Source of the DNA: Antedon mediterranea
Taxonomy: Eukaryota; Animalia; Echinodermata
NCBI RefSeq assembly: GCF_964355755.1
Contig: NC_092672.1
Coordinates: 14,694,001-14,758,000, forward strand
DNA: 64,000 bases
Direction: 5' to 3'
Part shown: one piece after another, positions 12,575 through 24,231 of the stretch
Layout: the number at the start of each line of letters is the position of its first letter
Position numbering within the stretch: the stretch's first letter is position 1
Position numbers and translations under genes: made by a program
Notes under the pieces: model-generated
Database searches by the model: none
What the model saw: the letters and a program-made list of their open reading frames with translations, nothing else
Told to the model about the DNA's origin: nothing

Positions 12575-13387
12575 ACTAGAAAGCCACTCCGAGAGTCAAG
12601 CATACCTCCGTCTACTGTAAAATTCTCCTTCATATAAATTCAAAGGCAAAATACTGACAAAATGTCAATGCTGTGCGTATCAGTGGCTGGATCTCAATGG
12701 AGATACAAAAAAAAAGCGAAAAGCTAAATCAAAACGATAAAGTAAAACAGCCAGAACAGTTAGCAGAGCAAAACTAGCCCTTCATATATATATATTTTGT
12801 GTGTGTGTCTTAATGCTGTGTGTGATTTAAGCTAATTTCACTACTAGCATGTGTATGCGCGTTTTGTGTAAATGATTTGTCACCTTTCAACTAAAAATTG
12901 TTTCAGTTGACTTAACGGCAAACAAAAAACGGGTGAATTTGAAAAGAAATAGGTTTTTTAAAACTAATCGTATCAAAAAACCTATACATTAAATCAAATT
13001 ATGTTTTAAAATTACAAACCACAAATTATAACTCTTGCCTCTTGTACAAAAAAAAAAAAAAAAGAAAAGTTTTTTGGACAAGTAGTTCTCGAGAAAATGC
13101 AATTTCAGTTTACTTGTTACTTTTAAGACTGCTCGCTGGCTTTTGAAAATTATATTATAGTACTATATTTTAACACTAGCAGGTCTAAAAATAATACTAA
13201 AAAGTGGTCCAGAATTGGGACCGTGGTCCGGATGGCCTCCAAAATTTAATGGAGTGGTCCCTGACCACATATCTTCATTTTCATTTTGGTAAAGATCTTG
13301 CAATAACTTTTTGAGTAATCCTGCTAATAAATAGACAGACAGACACACGCGATCGATTACAAATACCTCCTTGGCGCGCGGAGGTAA
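12575..13387 (-). mobile_element. Helentron-associated (HINE/DINE-1-like) non-autonomous element
   Basis: Subterminal repeats ATACCTCC(G) at about 12602 and ATACCTCC..CGGAGGTAA at 13363-13387; (GACA)n tract; small hairpin next to the terminal TCTAGT. Confidence 0.7.
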
Positions 13388-13474
13388 ATAATGTCAACGA
13401 TTGAGGAATAAAGCATAAGTTTAGGGTGAGAGGTATTCTGCTGGAAATGAAAATACTAAAGGGGAGTTATATTA

Positions 13475-14580
13475 AACTAGCAATTATACCCACCCCGTAG
13501 CGGGTTTCAAATTAGTTTAAAGCCTTCTCAGTACATAACACCCGACGCCAGTATCTCAATACTTACCAACCTCGACCCCACACTTTTTTTTGAAAAACAA
13601 GTTCTTCCCAGGACAAATTTTAGCTTCCAAATGAGAGGGGTATACCTAGCTACAGTATGATAGGCCTATGGTTTAAGTATGTTGTAAACGGTGTCATATG
13701 GGCGGATAATTAAAATATCTAATTTTGATACTGCAGCCCCCAACCTCCTTTCTTCTTCCTAGTACAATACAATTCCAATTATGTTATACTTCATTAGGCC
13801 AGTATTTCCGCCCCTCCTCCTTCCTCTCAACAACACACCCCAGATACTGGGTGATATGTTTAAGACAGTTCCAGTATAAATTATGTTAGCACTTCCAACC
13901 CATAATCTGGCCCTCGTGGCAGTTTTTAAATGTAGTTTAAAACATTCCAATTATGTTGTACTTCTATTACTTCCAAATTCCAGTATCTCCACCCTTCCCC
14001 TCCCAACAAACCCCCTTCTTAGTGATGTGTTTAAGACGTGTGTTAAGCCATTAATCCCAACCCATAACCCCTCAGTGGCAGTTTTACATTACATTCCCAG
14101 TACAGTTTCAGTCATGAGGCCTACAACCCCACCCTAAACTCCCACCCCCTTCCCAGAGATAATTAAAATACTTTAATAATGTCCTACTACAATTCTGGTA
14201 AATTTGATAGCCTATTACCCCTAGCGAAATCTGTACCATCCTCTCAAACACCCCCCCCCCCCCCAAAAAAAACTCCCTTCAGTCCCTGAATTTTTTTAAT
14301 GTAGTTTCAAACCTTCCCAGTACATTTGCGGTCATTTTGATACCCCATATTTATGGTTACTTGCAGAAACAGAAAAAGTGGGCCCCTAACTTGGATCCTA
14401 GATGGAGGATGATGTTCAAACAGAGTTTAAAACTTTCCTGGTACAATTGTAGTCATTTTGAATTGGAATACCCAAATAACCGTTGACGGAAAAAAAATAT
14501 GTAAGGTTATGTGTAGTAACAACAATTTATATAACAAACAAACACACAAACAAATGTACAAACATTTGATATAACTTGTT
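13475..14580 (-). mobile_element. Helitron/HINE-like element with internal degenerate repeats
   Basis: Hairpin ACCCGCTACGGGGTGGGT followed by GCTAGT on the minus strand; (CAAA)n tract near the other end; far boundary approximate. Confidence 0.45.
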
Positions 14581-15555
14581 ATCATAAAACCCTACCGTAC
14601 GATCCTGGGCCCCAGCTGCCAATTATCTTGGCCGATAGAAATTTGAAAACTTTTTTTTTACTTTCAGAAAACATATGCATTGTTGACATTTTGAAAAATT
14701 GAAAAATCAAGAATATGGAATACGGAAACTGATCTCCCTCACAAGGATGGGTCATTCTTCAGTAAGTGTCTCATTTCAGGTTTAAAAAAAAACATTTCTT
14801 TCTTTTAAGATGTGTAAATCTTGATACCTTTATTAGAGTTTCTTTCTTTGATACACGTATCATAAACACATAGAATTCATTACCTTACCATATTGTTTCA
14901 AGCCCAACACAACATATGACTCACAGTCACACATAAACACTCTGAGAGGAGGCAGCCTATATGTTAATACTCTTAAGGTAAGCAAATGAACATGAATTGC
15001 ATATACAACAATACAGCAACAAGCATATATCTTTATCATATATTTCATATTTTATTCGTATTTATAAATACATGGTTCAAGTATGCTGTCATATCCGTCA
15101 CATTTAGATAATAAACAAAGCTTCGTGGCTACGCATAGGATTTCGTAACCTCAATAACCAGTTCAGCATTCCCACAAATTATGTAGCCTCAATAAACTAC
15201 TGGTTGGTCCTCATTTTATGTATTGTCTTAATTGTATGGTATATGAAATAAATGTTTGTTGAATTGAATTTTTTCTGAAAAACACATTTTTGTTCCTACA
15301 GTGGGACAACTGATAATGTAATTATAAATAAGAAAAGCAAATATTTAGTAAATTTCTGACTTAATAAATTCAGTCTCCTATCAGAAAAGGCCTAACACAG
15401 GTTGTGTGGCAAAGGGCCTAAGGTGGCAACAGACTGGGTGGCAAAAGGTTGGTGATGAAAGGGATGGGTTGTTAATTGGCAGGGTGGCAATTTTATTGGT
15501 CTAATTCATATAAAAATAAAAATATGGAAAATCATTGTGAATGAACAATGTTTAA

Positions 15556-17706
15556 AGTGGAGTTCCACTCAGACTTTCTTAGCTTATATTATGCTTAAGT
15601 ACAGTATATTTAATTGAAAGTTGTTGCATAAAAAAAAACAGTGAAAATATGGCAATATTTTTCAAAACCTAATTTCTAAAAAATTGGTCAGAAAATAGTG
15701 TTTTTTTATACATTACACCTTTTCAGTAACTTTAAGGGGTTATTAGTTTACAATAGTCACAAAACATGTTACACTCGGCGAAGGACGTGTTTTATTCTCC
15801 GGTGAACGCATTGGTGTAATGTCTCCCCTTTTAGTAAATTATAGTGTCAAAAATGGTGAATCAATACACACTTTTGTTTAGGCCCAAGTAATATTCAGAT
15901 AAAAATGTCAGTTTATTAAATATATGGTCATGTCTTTCTCAGATCATGTTACATTTTAGTAATACTGTACAAATGATAACACTGTGAAACATGCAGAATG
16001 TCAAAAACAACATCGCGACGATAACAGATTGCCAGCTGCAGCAGCAGTGTAATCATAACAAAATTTCATGTGATCATACTCCAAAATATAATAAAAAAAA
16101 CCCAGTTGCATCGTAACGGGGGAAAGTGTCTATTTATGCAAAATTGCGCAATGTATATGTGATAAAAATACCAGATTTTTAGTGAAGAAATTATTTTTTT
16201 TAGGATTTTTCAATTATACTGTACCCCCTATTTTTCATGTAAAAGAATAGGAAAAGAAAATCGTACTCATTGAAAACAATTTTAAACAAGAGATATTCCA
16301 CTACAAAAAATGCTGCTCAACTTTTTGACTAATTATTTTAATCATTGTCTTCAGATATAATTTTTATTTTTGTTTAACAATCAATGATAAACATATTGTA
16401 TAAATATAGTCTGGCCTACTGTACAGAACACAAATATAATCATAAACTAAACTACAATTAGGCCTACATATTCCAGGGTAGGAACATGGACCTATCTAAT
16501 TTATAGCCTACTACTTAGCTAGGAATATTAAACGATGCAACATTAAAAGTTAATAACATACATACTTTGTATCAATATTAAAATAAAGAAAGAATTATGA
16601 AAATCTGACTTGTAGTATTCAAAATACATAGGTCCAAAACATCGCCAAAAATAATAGTTTTTAGCCATGAAGTAAATAAATTGCGCCTTCAGTAGGCAAT
16701 TGGATGAACTTACGGTTTTTAGTAACATATTTTGTATATCAACATTGTAAAATTCAATCAAATATGATATTACATGTTTATAAAATAAAAAAGTGTTTAG
16801 ATTCAAGATTCAATTTATTGTCACAAAATATTACATCATGAAATTTGTTTTCCTGAGCTTAGAAACATAGATACTGTAAAATACAATTTAAAACACAATA
16901 TAAAAACGTAACAACTTAACTAATTATCTTGAAAAATGTACATTATATAGATGACAAGCATATAGGAAAAATAAGTCTCTAAAACGGTTGGTTTTAACTT
17001 TGCAGTGCCGAATTCTACCAGATCTATTAAAACTTACAATGCTATTTAGTGGATGAGTCACATCTTTAATTATCCATTCTAATTTATTCAGAGCCGTTTT
17101 ATCACAAAGATTACCTATACTTTCAATTTCTACGCTAATTATTTTAAATGCTGCTTTAGTTATTTTACATATTTGATTGATGTTTTTCTTAGTTTTAGCA
17201 GTTTCATCATCATTAGTTAAAAGCCCTGTTACACACATATCATCAGCAAACTTAACTATATTACAGGAACTATCAAACATCTCAAATTACATGTAATATA
17301 AAAAAAAAATATTTAACCTAATATTCAAAGAATTTTAATACATTATTTTCCCGTGTGTTGGACATGCAGTCCTCAGTAAATCGAGACTTCACTTTGTGTT
17401 GATTCGCATTAAGTCAACCAATCAAACGGGCGAGAATCCAAACTCGTTCAACCGTGAGCCCTCATAGGCTCTCTTTTCCCATCAGCACCTTGAACCTATC
17501 AATTATTCGAGTTTACAAAATACCAAAAATGTCAGCTGTAGATAATAAGCTTTCCGCTTGATATAGCTTCTGAATGAGTAGTCCTCTGGGGATATAGCTG
17601 GCTAAAGCCGTGATGCGAAAAATATGAAGTATGAGGGATGACATTTTTAAATAACAGTTGAAATGTATGAAAAAATATAAATTTTCTGAGTGGAGGGAGC
17701 TCCACT
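15556..17706. mobile_element. Kolobok-like non-autonomous DNA transposon
   Basis: TTAA|AGTGGAGTTCCACTCAGA ... TCTGAGTGGAGGGAGCTCCACT|TTAA. Confidence 0.65.
16799..17290 (-). mobile_element. Rex/Babar-like LINE 3' fragment, internally deleted, nested in the element above
   Basis: VKFADD; HPL..SGR.R..KTNRF...YA; AATAAA plus (TTGAATC)n tail. Confidence 0.75.
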
Positions 17707-18387
17707 TTAAAACATAAAAGTACAGACAATATAATATTTAAAGATAATAAAAAAAATAAATTTGTTTTAATTTTTATACAGTAAAAAATTTGGCAAAAAA
17801 TTATCTTGAGACATTTATTATAAGTAGTTATGAGTAGGTTGACGGATACGAATATTAGATGGGAGGAAAGTGTATTTATTAAAAAGAGGGTGGTCGCTTT
17901 GGGAGAGAATACGTTTAACCTATATCATAATTGAAGTTAAGAATTATGTGATGGTGATCTTATCTAATACTGTATATCTTGTCTTTAGAGAGTAAGCTAG
18001 CCTCCCAAATGACCAAGACAGAAAGAAATTACACTATGAATGCCCGAGTGACAAATGGCCAGGTGGTAAAAAGCCAGGTGACAACGGTCCAGAATCCTTA
18101 TCAAGACCGGTCCATGGTTTTTAACTAAAATTTTCAAGCATTAATAATAATGTGGGAGGTTTGCGCAAAATTTACCAATAATTAGTAAGAGAATTAGCCG
18201 TTTTACTTTCAAATTCCTCATTCGTTGTTTTCACCAAATTTAGTGACACAGGTTGGTAGTAGCTACATATTTGTTTAAATTGTTGAAAATACTGATAATC
18301 ATAATTGTCTCACTGTTTTTTTTCTGAATTAACAAGCAACAGGACAATAAACACACTGAGACGCTCACAGCATGATAAATATGTTAA

Positions 18388-19075
18388 GGGGCAACTGAAG
18401 GTTTAAAAATGCTTGCAGACCAATTTGTTGACTTTGTGTCTGTCAAAACAAAAGATTCGTTTGTAAATTCTCTATTTTCAACAGTTGCTGAAAAATAAAC
18501 AATGTATAATCATATATGTTTTATTTAACAAACTTATTAGGCAAAACGATTAATAAAGTGGGGTTCTGGCATTGTTTGCATATGACTACCTCAAATGAGC
18601 CTTTTGTCTAAATTTGTCTAGACTTTTTCCTGTAATTATTAGGGCTCAGTAGAAGTGTAAAATGTAGTCACATATTTGTCTTCATGTAAACCTCTTATTT
18701 TATTATTTATTTGATTTTCCATAGGTAAAAATTGAGATATTGTAGAGAATTTTCATAGGCTGTAAAATAGGCGAGTGAGTGGCCGAGCGGCTAAGACAGT
18801 GGAACCATAACCAACTCATCATATCCACTGGGTCCTCTTGGAGAACAGTCTTTGACTGAAGAGGCTACCCAGTATAAAGAATAAATAATAATTAAAATAA
18901 TAATAATAACAATCATATAGCTGTTCTGGCCTTTACAATTGCCATTTAATCTAATATGACCCCTTCCAAAGGTCAGATTTTTGTTGACTTTCTGTGGCAC
19001 CAAATAAACAAAAAATGTACAAAAACATTTGTACTTAATTATTTCACAATGAAACCTGTACATAATCATTTGCCC
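18388..19075. mobile_element. Possible TTAA-flanked MITE
   Basis: TTAA|GGGGCAACTGA ... TCATTTGCCC|TTAA. Confidence 0.4.
18770..18910 (+). mobile_element. Short SINE-like chimera (tRNA head plus LINE-like tail)
   Basis: AGTGGCCGAGCGGCTAAGACAGTGGAA head matching the 6244 copy; tail CTCTTGGAGAACAGTCTTTGACTGAAGAG..AATAAA(TAA)n. Confidence 0.6.
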
Positions 19076-19108
19076 TTAATAGCAACAATGAATTGTTAAT
19101 ACATTTAG

Positions 19109-19123
19109 TTCATCTCTCTACAG
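19109..19123 (+). promoter_or_regulatory. Probable splice acceptor of the Ig gene coding exon (5'-UTR intron)
   Basis: ttcatctctctacag|G, 135 nt upstream of the ATG. Confidence 0.55.
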
Positions 19124-19257
19124 GTTGGCATACTGTATTGCTGCATATTCTTATAAGAAGATTACTCAACATTTTATTTCAATTTCATGATGACAAGATG
19201 CCCAGTTGCATGATACATTTCAGTATTGAATCATGATCAAATGAAGAACAATCAGTC

Positions 19258-20796
19258 ATGAGTATTCAATACAGATTTGTATTGCTCAGGTCAAACAATA
19301 AGAAACATTCTGGTAGTAGAGGCTTGAGGTTTTGGAACGATAGTGTTATAAGAAGGCTTCTCTTTGTTTATATCATTTTACAACATACAGTAGATGGCAC
19401 AGATATAAGAAATTCACCCCTATTAATCGTTGCTACTGAAGGTGAACCATTTCAGTTAGATTGTACTGTGCGACCGTTGTTTCCAAAAGTTCCAATATTT
19501 TGGTTTCGAGGAAATCAAATTATTGCAAAATATAACCCTACTATTGATGGCGTCGAAGAACCTTTCAAATCAAAATTTACGGGTGTATTTGAATCAACAA
19601 CAAGTGCAAACATTTTTATGTTGACTATCAGGTATGTTGAAGTATCTGATGCCAGTTATACATACAAATGTGCAGCCAAAAATAGTTTTAATGAACTAAT
19701 ATGGTCTGAAGGATCTGAATTAAAAGTGAATGAAATTCCAGATTCTAAATATCCTCTTTGTGAGCCCAGAGATCAAACATTCAATGAAAATTCAAGAAAG
19801 TCGCTCACATGTCGCTCAGAGGTAATTGAGCCTCCTGTTACATTGCAATGGTATAAAAACAGTAAACTATTGAACGCAACAACATCATTTACTGGAAATG
19901 AAGTGAAAGTTAAATATGATTTTGAAGTGAAATATGAAGATGCAACTGCAGAATTTATGTGTGTACAATCATCAAGTACCATTACAAAATTGAATGGAAA
20001 TTGTACAATAGGTCCAATATTTGTCAATTACTTGCCAAGGGTTACAATAGAATGTCGTTCTACTAAAACGTACAAAAACAGGTCTGCAATAGTAAAGTAC
20101 AATGATGTTACTGTGTTAATTTGTATAGCCAAAACTGCTCATGCGTATCCAAATTATAAATGGAAGTTCAGTAAATGGTTAAGTCCAGAAGACTACATCC
20201 TTTCACCAGATAATCGATACGTGACATTTACTGCTAAAGAGAAGCATGACAATGTAATGGCTACCTGTACCGTAACAAATAAGCTAGGCTCGGGTTCTGC
20301 AAATATAACTATTTATGTGACTGATATTAAGAACTTAACTCCTAGCCCAACTATTATTAACTTTCCACCACAAAAATCACCTGAAGTCCCACCGTCATTA
20401 ATTGTTGCAATAATTGGAATTTGCACATTATTTATTGTTATTATAATGTCAGGCGTTTTATGCTGCCTAAAGTTTTATATGCATAGGCAATTTATTAATG
20501 CACATATCCGCCGGCAAGAGATTTACCAAAGGCACAAACCCTCCATAGGGTGCACAATTGCTCAACCAGAAATATATTTTGAGCCCAAAGATAGTATTTC
20601 TCAAAGTACAAACACATCTGATGGAACTAGTTCAACTAAAAGATCAATTGGAATTCAGGTTTTACCCCAAGTAAACTTAGAACTACAAGATATTCATCAG
20701 CAGCAAACATTACCTGCACGTTATAGGGGACGACCTTTACCTAAACCGGGCCGACCAAGTTCACCAATAGTAGACTGTGGCTGTTCTTTTGTCTGA
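19258..20796 (+). CDS. Immunoglobulin-superfamily type I membrane protein (3 Ig domains, nectin/CADM/kirre-like), uninterrupted 512-aa ORF
   Basis: Hydrophobic leader (LLFVYIIL); V-like domain (LDC..IFWFR..DASYTYKC); two further C..W..C Ig domains; TM LIVAIIGICTLFIVIIMSGVLCCL; cytoplasmic tail ending SFV; in-frame TGA 24 nt upstream of the ATG. Confidence 0.9.
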   Translation: MSIQYRFVLLRSNNKKHSGSRGLRFWNDSVIRRLLFVYIILQHTVDGTDIRNSPLLIVATEGEPFQLDCTVRPLFPKVPIFWFRGNQIIAKYNPTIDGVEEPFKSKFTGVFESTTSANIFMLTIRYVEVSDASYTYKCAAKNSFNELIWSEGSELKVNEIPDSKYPLCEPRDQTFNENSRKSLTCRSEVIEPPVTLQWYKNSKLLNATTSFTGNEVKVKYDFEVKYEDATAEFMCVQSSSTITKLNGNCTIGPIFVNYLPRVTIECRSTKTYKNRSAIVKYNDVTVLICIAKTAHAYPNYKWKFSKWLSPEDYILSPDNRYVTFTAKEKHDNVMATCTVTNKLGSGSANITIYVTDIKNLTPSPTIINFPPQKSPEVPPSLIVAIIGICTLFIVIIMSGVLCCLKFYMHRQFINAHIRRQEIYQRHKPSIGCTIAQPEIYFEPKDSISQSTNTSDGTSSTKRSIGIQVLPQVNLELQDIHQQQTLPARYRGRPLPKPGRPSSPIVDCGCSFV

Positions 20797-20977
20797 AGAA
20801 TTTTGAATATCTACACTTTAATGTTTAAACTTTTAAAAAACTCTGTTTTCTAATAGTATATCATTCATCATATTATATGTAACATTTTCAAAACATATAA
20901 TTACCGTAATTGTCTTTGATTGTGTCATAAAGCCTACTTAGGCACTAATTATTTAATTGTAATTTTGTTGCTAGACT

Positions 20978-21191
20978 AATAAATATTTATGAATGCACTC
21001 TATATAGCCACAATTACAGTATTAGTCGAGTCATTCAGCCATGGATCATTTTTAGTGTATTCCAGAACAACTTTTAATTCAAAATGGTGGTATTTATAAA
21101 GAAAAAGTATACTGTATCTTTGAAAATTAGACATATACTGTTGTTGATTTTGTTATATTGCTCACAATGTATGTGAATTTGCTGTAATAAA
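20978..21191 (+). terminator. Candidate poly(A) signals of the Ig gene
   Basis: AATAAA at 20978-20983 and 21186-21191. Confidence 0.4.
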
Positions 21192-21236
21192 TGTTAGAAT
21201 CATCAACTATATTTTCACATAGTTTAATTGTGAATA

Positions 21237-22522
21237 CTAGGTTTGCTTCGCTCACGTACCATCTAGGTCGTGCCCACAGATGGTTCACGAATACACAGTT
21301 ATTTCAGCGTGAAGAAAAAATGGCGATTTCAAATGTACGTACTGCAGGACTATAATAGATTGTCGTTTACAGAAACAAATAAATAGACACGATGATTTAT
21401 GTAGTCAACTAAAATTAGCACCATGGGAATTAGGCCTACTTCCTAAAGAGAAACTTGTCATAAAATACGTCCAAATTTTTTGTTTGTTTTGTATGTAACA
21501 TTGGGGTTGATGAATGGGGAAGAGGATGGGTACAAAGAGGAACAATTTTTAAATATATGCTTTATCCACTCAGTAAAGAAATATTTTTTTCATGTTTTAT
21601 ATGCCTATTTATAAATAACATTTGCGATTTAATACTTTGTTAAAACTGTCACTGTCATAGGGCCCGTTTACGGACAGCAAGTATCCGGATAACTTGTCAT
21701 CTTTTGGGGTCATTAATCATGCCTTAACGACCCTTAATGGCTTATTTGAGTACTACCACCTGGGTTATCCGGCCGGACCAGCCTCAGCCCGGCAAATTTG
21801 GAGGGTTGGCCAGGGGAGTTGAAGGCGACCTTGCTGGATTAAACAATGTATTTTATGAGATAATTATGCAAATCAGGCTGAAAATAAGGCCATGAGTAGC
21901 TGGATAACTAGAAGTCTGTAAATGGTAGGGAGAATTTTGATTTAGCCTTGTCAGGAGAGACCTCTGGCATATCCAGATACTTTAAATGTTCATAAACACA
22001 ACCTTAGTAAAGTACATGTAACAATACACCACTGCAACTGTCGGTAATAAAGTTTATTTGTATATTGTGCGTTTATATATCTAACAGTAGGGCCTACCCA
22101 CACTCACAGTAATAAGTTTATTTGTACATGTGTTTATATATCTAACAGTACCCACACTCGTAACAAATTTGCGATTCAAATGGCGACCAAAAATGGTTAA
22201 TACGTATTTACAGTATTGTCCAAGTATTGCAGTACTACGGTATTTGTGTTAAACCAAATAATTATATTGGAATGTTCCATGAACGTATATTAAATCTGTT
22301 TTCATCATTATGATGCTGTACTCGAGCTGTTCAACCGGTTTTCAGCTATTAAAAACAATTATCATAGAAGGAGATGCGAAGCATCCTCGTATTATTGTGT
22401 GCGGGTATTTTTCAAGATGAACATCTATTAAACACCCCTATTTGGGGCAAATCGTTGAACCTAAATTTGTTTTAATTGTCAATAACTCAATTTAATTAGT
22501 AAACAGGGTTACATCAGGTGGT
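21237..22522 (-). mobile_element. Second copy of the Helitron family (3' end present)
   Basis: Reverse-complement similarity to about 1058-2156; ends CTAG|T at 21237. Confidence 0.8.
21660..22003. mobile_element. Tourist/Harbinger-like MITE nested in Helitron copy 2
   Basis: Absent from copy 1; imperfect TIRs GGGCCCGTTTACGGACA..AAGTATCCGGATA and TATCCAGATACTT..TGTTCATAAACACAACC. Confidence 0.55.
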
Positions 22523-23225
22523 GAGGGGAGCTTGTTATTTTCTTCTTTTGTGTTGGGTGCAACTTAACATGCAACAACTGCATATCACATATTGTTTTAG
22601 GCTTCTGGTATTTATTTATTCGTTATCAGCAGTTGGGCGTCCTTTAAAACAAAATTGTCAATTTTTATAAAAAGACAAATATTAAGCTCTCCAAATATTT
22701 GTTCCATATTTTCGCAAAACTGACATAATGATAAATGTATCTGTACTGTCTGTGAAGTTGGTTAACAGTTCTAGTTTCAAATTCAAATGGACAGTCAAAC
22801 ATGTTTGAAAAATGGATTTTGCTATGTAATGACTGTCTAATTGAATATTAGCCTTGACCTGTCAACGTTCAATGCAATTATGTTGAATAACTAGTATCAA
22901 AATATTTTGTACATTTTATCAATAGCCTTCATCTCTTCTATTTTCCACCCTATTTTTGTGACATTTGTGCATTTACGCCCTCTACAGCAACACTGAGAAC
23001 ACTTTGCAAGTATATTCTTGGGTGGTCTGGTCAGTGTCCCCTGCATTAACTCCAGATGGATACATCAGTCAGCAGTCTATTAGGCCATTGCTTCCCAAAA
23101 GAATCCATGGAATAAAGTTATAGTTATCAATTCTCATGTTCGCCTTCTTGTGATCCATGGTAAACTTCAGGCAACATAATTGTGCAAAGATTCTAATGCA
23201 AGTGACTCAAATAAAATGCTACACA

Positions 23226-23306
23226 ACCAAGCTCATCTGGCCTATGCAAATTATCTCATGCATAACCAAGCTCATCTGGCCTATGCAAATTATCTCATGC
23301 ATAACC
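23226..23306. repeat. 39-bp tandem duplication (2 copies)
   Basis: AACCAAGCTCATCTGGCCTATGCAAATTATCTCATGCAT x2. Confidence 0.9.
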
Positions 23307-23818
23307 ATTATCTTGTTACACAGAAGTTCTAGTTTATTCTAACCCTGAATAACATGATAAATAGATGGCAACTTAGATAAATCATGATCAGGCGGTAAGT
23401 ATGGTCACTGAGACTTATTTTTCCACGGTACGGTATTCTTTCTCGAGTTTCTATCTCATGCACGCCGCTCCTGCCAAACACAAGCTAGATGAACTTGTGA
23501 TGCAGATATAATGTATGATCGAGTTTTACAGTTAAAAATGGTATTTTGATCACAAATATGTTTGGTAAGTAATGTCTAAAAAATCCAATTACTGTAGTTG
23601 CAAATCACAAAACTTACAGCATCATTTCGAGGTTTTACAATATACTAATGATCATTGGTTTGGTCCAAATAAAATGTGACGTTTCGGCGCAAAGTAGGTC
23701 AAACCCTCACAGCATAGTGGGCTAAAACGTGCTGGTCCAAATTGTCCAAATCATTTTGGTGGACTGCATGAAAAGTTTACAAAATAAAAAATTGCATATA
23801 AAATTACATTTTTAGTAG

Positions 23819-23824
23819 TTTATT
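23819..23824 (-). terminator. Candidate CFAP74 polyadenylation signal
   Basis: AATAAA on the minus strand about 310 nt after the stop; such hexamers are common in AT-rich DNA. Confidence 0.35.
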
Positions 23825-24132
23825 TTATATATTGTATAAACATTAGAAATATCAATTAAACATTTAAACACATTTTAAAAATTTGATAAATACCACAAAA
23901 ATATATATAAAAGTTGCCAAGTCGTCCAGGATTCCACTACTTTCGTCTCACTCAATAAACACTGGAGTGGTCTCAAGAAAATCCCACTCGCAAACCAATT
24001 TTAGTAGAAGCAAATAAACGAATAACCCTTCTCATTGTCATTGCATATTTGGGTGTTAACGCCAGTCCAACATTAATCCAAGATAAAAGTAGATAATATA
24101 TCTAAAAATCTCTCCTGATATATAGGTGTAGT

Positions 24133-24231
24133 TTACTCGGACAACAATTTTGTTTGAAGTGTAATCTCATATTTCTCCAATATATCACCTTTCAAATTCA
24201 AACATAGGCTTCCTCCGATACATGTATTTGG
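24133..24231 (-). CDS. CFAP74: CFAP74 terminal coding exon
   Basis: tag|PNTCIGGSLCLNLKGDILEKYEITLQTKLLSE-TAA. Confidence 0.9.
   Translation of the reverse strand, partial: PNTCIGGSLCLNLKGDILEKYEITLQTKLLSE

Noticed and set aside
19198-19257. N-terminal extension of the Ig protein by selenocysteine or readthrough at TGA 19234
   Set aside because: I see no SECIS-like structure in the 3' UTR and no domain reason for an extension.
22560-23350. Possible decayed transposase between the two genes
   Set aside because: The composition looks coding-like, but I could not recover a diagnostic motif; it needs BLASTX.
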